Origin: Lama glama
Lineage: Eukaryota
Length of the DNA stretch: 64,000 bases
Direction: 5' to 3'
Assembly: GCA_028534125.1 (NCBI GenBank)
Contig: CM052817.1
Span: 18,354,001-18,418,000, forward strand
The notes under the pieces: model-generated
Told to the model about the DNA's origin: nothing
What the model saw: only the letters and a program-made list of their open reading frames with translations
Databases searched by the model: none
Translations under genes and position numbers: made by a program
Shown: in pieces, positions 62,046-64,000 of the stretch
How positions within the stretch are numbered: the first letter of the stretch is position 1
Layout of the letters: each line of letters begins with the position of its first letter

Positions 62046-63199
62046 TCAGAAGAAATGGGGGAGAGGAAAAGGGAAGGCTAGGAGCTTCTACACATTAACA
62101 CTTCCTGGGCCTGATACCCTTGGGTCACTGGGAACGTCTCAGGAGCTGGAGCAATGTCAGACTGAACTACTGCTTCAAGAGCTCTTGTTCTTGGGCGTCT
62201 GGTCTACCATTTGTGCTGTAGCTCCATTTGGTTTTTGTCTGATGGAGGTCCTGGTTCTGTCATTCAGCTGTATATATTTGTTTCTTCACTGCAGACCACC
62301 TAAAAAGGCGGAATCAACTCTTGAGTTTTTAATGACCTTTTACAATGAATTGCCTCAGTTAAGTGATTCCCAAGAGAAAGAATCTAATGGACTAATTTGG
62401 TTCAGTTATTTTCTTCTGGTTCAATAAGCTGTGGTCAAAGGAGGCAGGAGTCATGTGCTATGTGCATTAGGACATAATACAGCTGATAGGCTTGGCAAGG
62501 TGGAGGAGGCTGTGGGCGGAAGTAAATAATGTGGGGTACCCAGTCCAGAAGATACATTTAAAATTCTGTGAAGTATTGTAGTTATTTCAAATTGGTTTTA
62601 GATGCTGGTCCCTTGGGCTTGGGACTAGGTTCCCTGATTCTATACTGGCTACGTTTGAACACAGATACCTGGTTTACTTGGATTTGACTTAAAAGCCTGT
62701 TTGGAATCTTTCCTAACTCAGAAATCAGTGACCTGATAATATCCTCCAAGATTATAAAAACTCCTTATGACAGTTGCAGGGAATTCATCCTTGGAGGAAA
62801 CTCTTGGAGAGACAAGACAGGGTGAGTGCAATTGGAGTGGTACCTAAAACCAGGGGAAGCTCCAAGTCCCCAGTGGTAGGTACCCTGGAGAAACTAACAG
62901 TTTGATTTCTCTTGGTTTGGCAAATATTTCCATTAAGCCCAGCAGGAAAGCATAATTCTCAAACTATAATTTTTAATCTATTGAACTAACCTTAGTTATG
63001 ATAAAGTTACCTCAAATTCAATAAGCTACAAGTAGTTCTCTGATTTCCTTCCACACCCAAACCAAAACAGGGAACACTTCCTATTCTGCCTTTCCCAGCA
63101 TGATTAATGCTACTTAATTATTCAAAATAGAAAGTGATGAAAGCAATTAGAAAGTAATTATACAAGATCAAGTGATGATGATGGTGATGATGAAAATGA

Positions 63200-63545
63200 A
63201 TTTTGCTCAGACCATTGCAATAGCCCCTTAACTCTTTTATCTACTGCAAGAGTGGATAGATTAGAGGGTTATCTATTTCTAATCCATTTCTAACATGAAC
63301 CAGTTATCTTTCTGAAATTAAAACATAAAAATTGTATGGCTCCCTATTTTCTAAAGGACAATGTCAAAACTGCTTCATAAAAAGTTCTTCACTGATTTTT
63401 ATCCTTTTCTACTTTCAGAGTCTCTTAAGTCTCATCACCTGCCACCTCTTTTCTCCTTGTATTTCTTATTCCCTGAAATATCTCCAGTCCTTAGAACAAT
63501 GCCTGGGACATAGTAGGCACTCAATAAATTTTGTTTAATAAATTC
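63200..63545 (+). mobile_element. L2 3' end
   Basis: CCATTGCAATAGCCCCTTAACT...TAGAACAATGCCTGGGACATAGTAGGCACTCAATAAAT. Confidence 0.8.
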
Positions 63546-63559
63546 CTTTTTACCATTGC

Positions 63560-64000
63560 CATTCTTATTCTCTTTCCTTTTGAAATTGATCTTTCTTATT
63601 TTTCTTGTATCAGTCTCTAAGTCCTTTTATCCTTTTCCTAATTCTAAATATGTTTGTGTTCATGTATGTTCTTCCCATTTTTCAAATCCATATGTGTTAT
63701 CTTTACCTCTCACATCGTGCCAGAACCCTGATAAGAAAGTATCTGCTTGAATCTTCTTTTAGATATGAATTACTTTTGTCAAGGAAAATAAAGAAAGTAC
63801 ATTCATCGATAAGATCAGAAATACGACCATCAACAGTATCAGTAGGAACGACCCTGAGGCTCAGACCAGGAGGACTGGACCAATGACTGATGAGAGCATG
63901 GACACTCTGTCTATTCATTCTGAGTGTCTCATCATCTGACCTCTACTAAAGTTCACCTGCTGTGGGTACTCTGTCTAGTCTCCATTCACCTATCTAGTTT
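63560..64000 (-). mobile_element. Possible very old L1 fragment
   Basis: T-rich plus strand with L1-like phrases (GTATCTGCTTGAATCTTCTTTTAG); weak match. Confidence 0.35.

Overview
This is 64 kb of mammalian non-coding DNA, most likely from a camelid (alpaca, llama or camel). The species call rests on tRNA-Ala-derived SINEs of the Vic-1 type, camelid-type L1 3' tails, and the absence of Alu, B1, Bov-tA, PRE1 and SINEC elements. I found no recognisable protein-coding exon, intact RNA gene or processed mRNA pseudogene. The ORF track consists of chance ORFs and fossil transposon frames (L1 ORF2, hAT transposase). Roughly half the window is interspersed repeats of all ages: MIR, L2, L3/CR1, old and young L1, MaLR/ERVL/ERV1 solo LTRs, and hAT and Tigger DNA transposons. 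Several retain readable target-site duplications (TSDs), nesting or inversion. Between the repeats are repeat-free blocks rich in CpG and transcription-factor motifs that look like enhancers (about 10.6-11.0, 23.0-23.8, 25.2-25.5, 28.2-29.5, 32.5-32.9 and 49.4-50.0 kb). LTRs are mostly on the minus strand, which suggests the window lies in a large intron of a plus-strand gene. I cannot support a new biological system from sequence alone. Repeat subfamily names come from recalled consensus sequences, and boundaries of old repeats are approximate.
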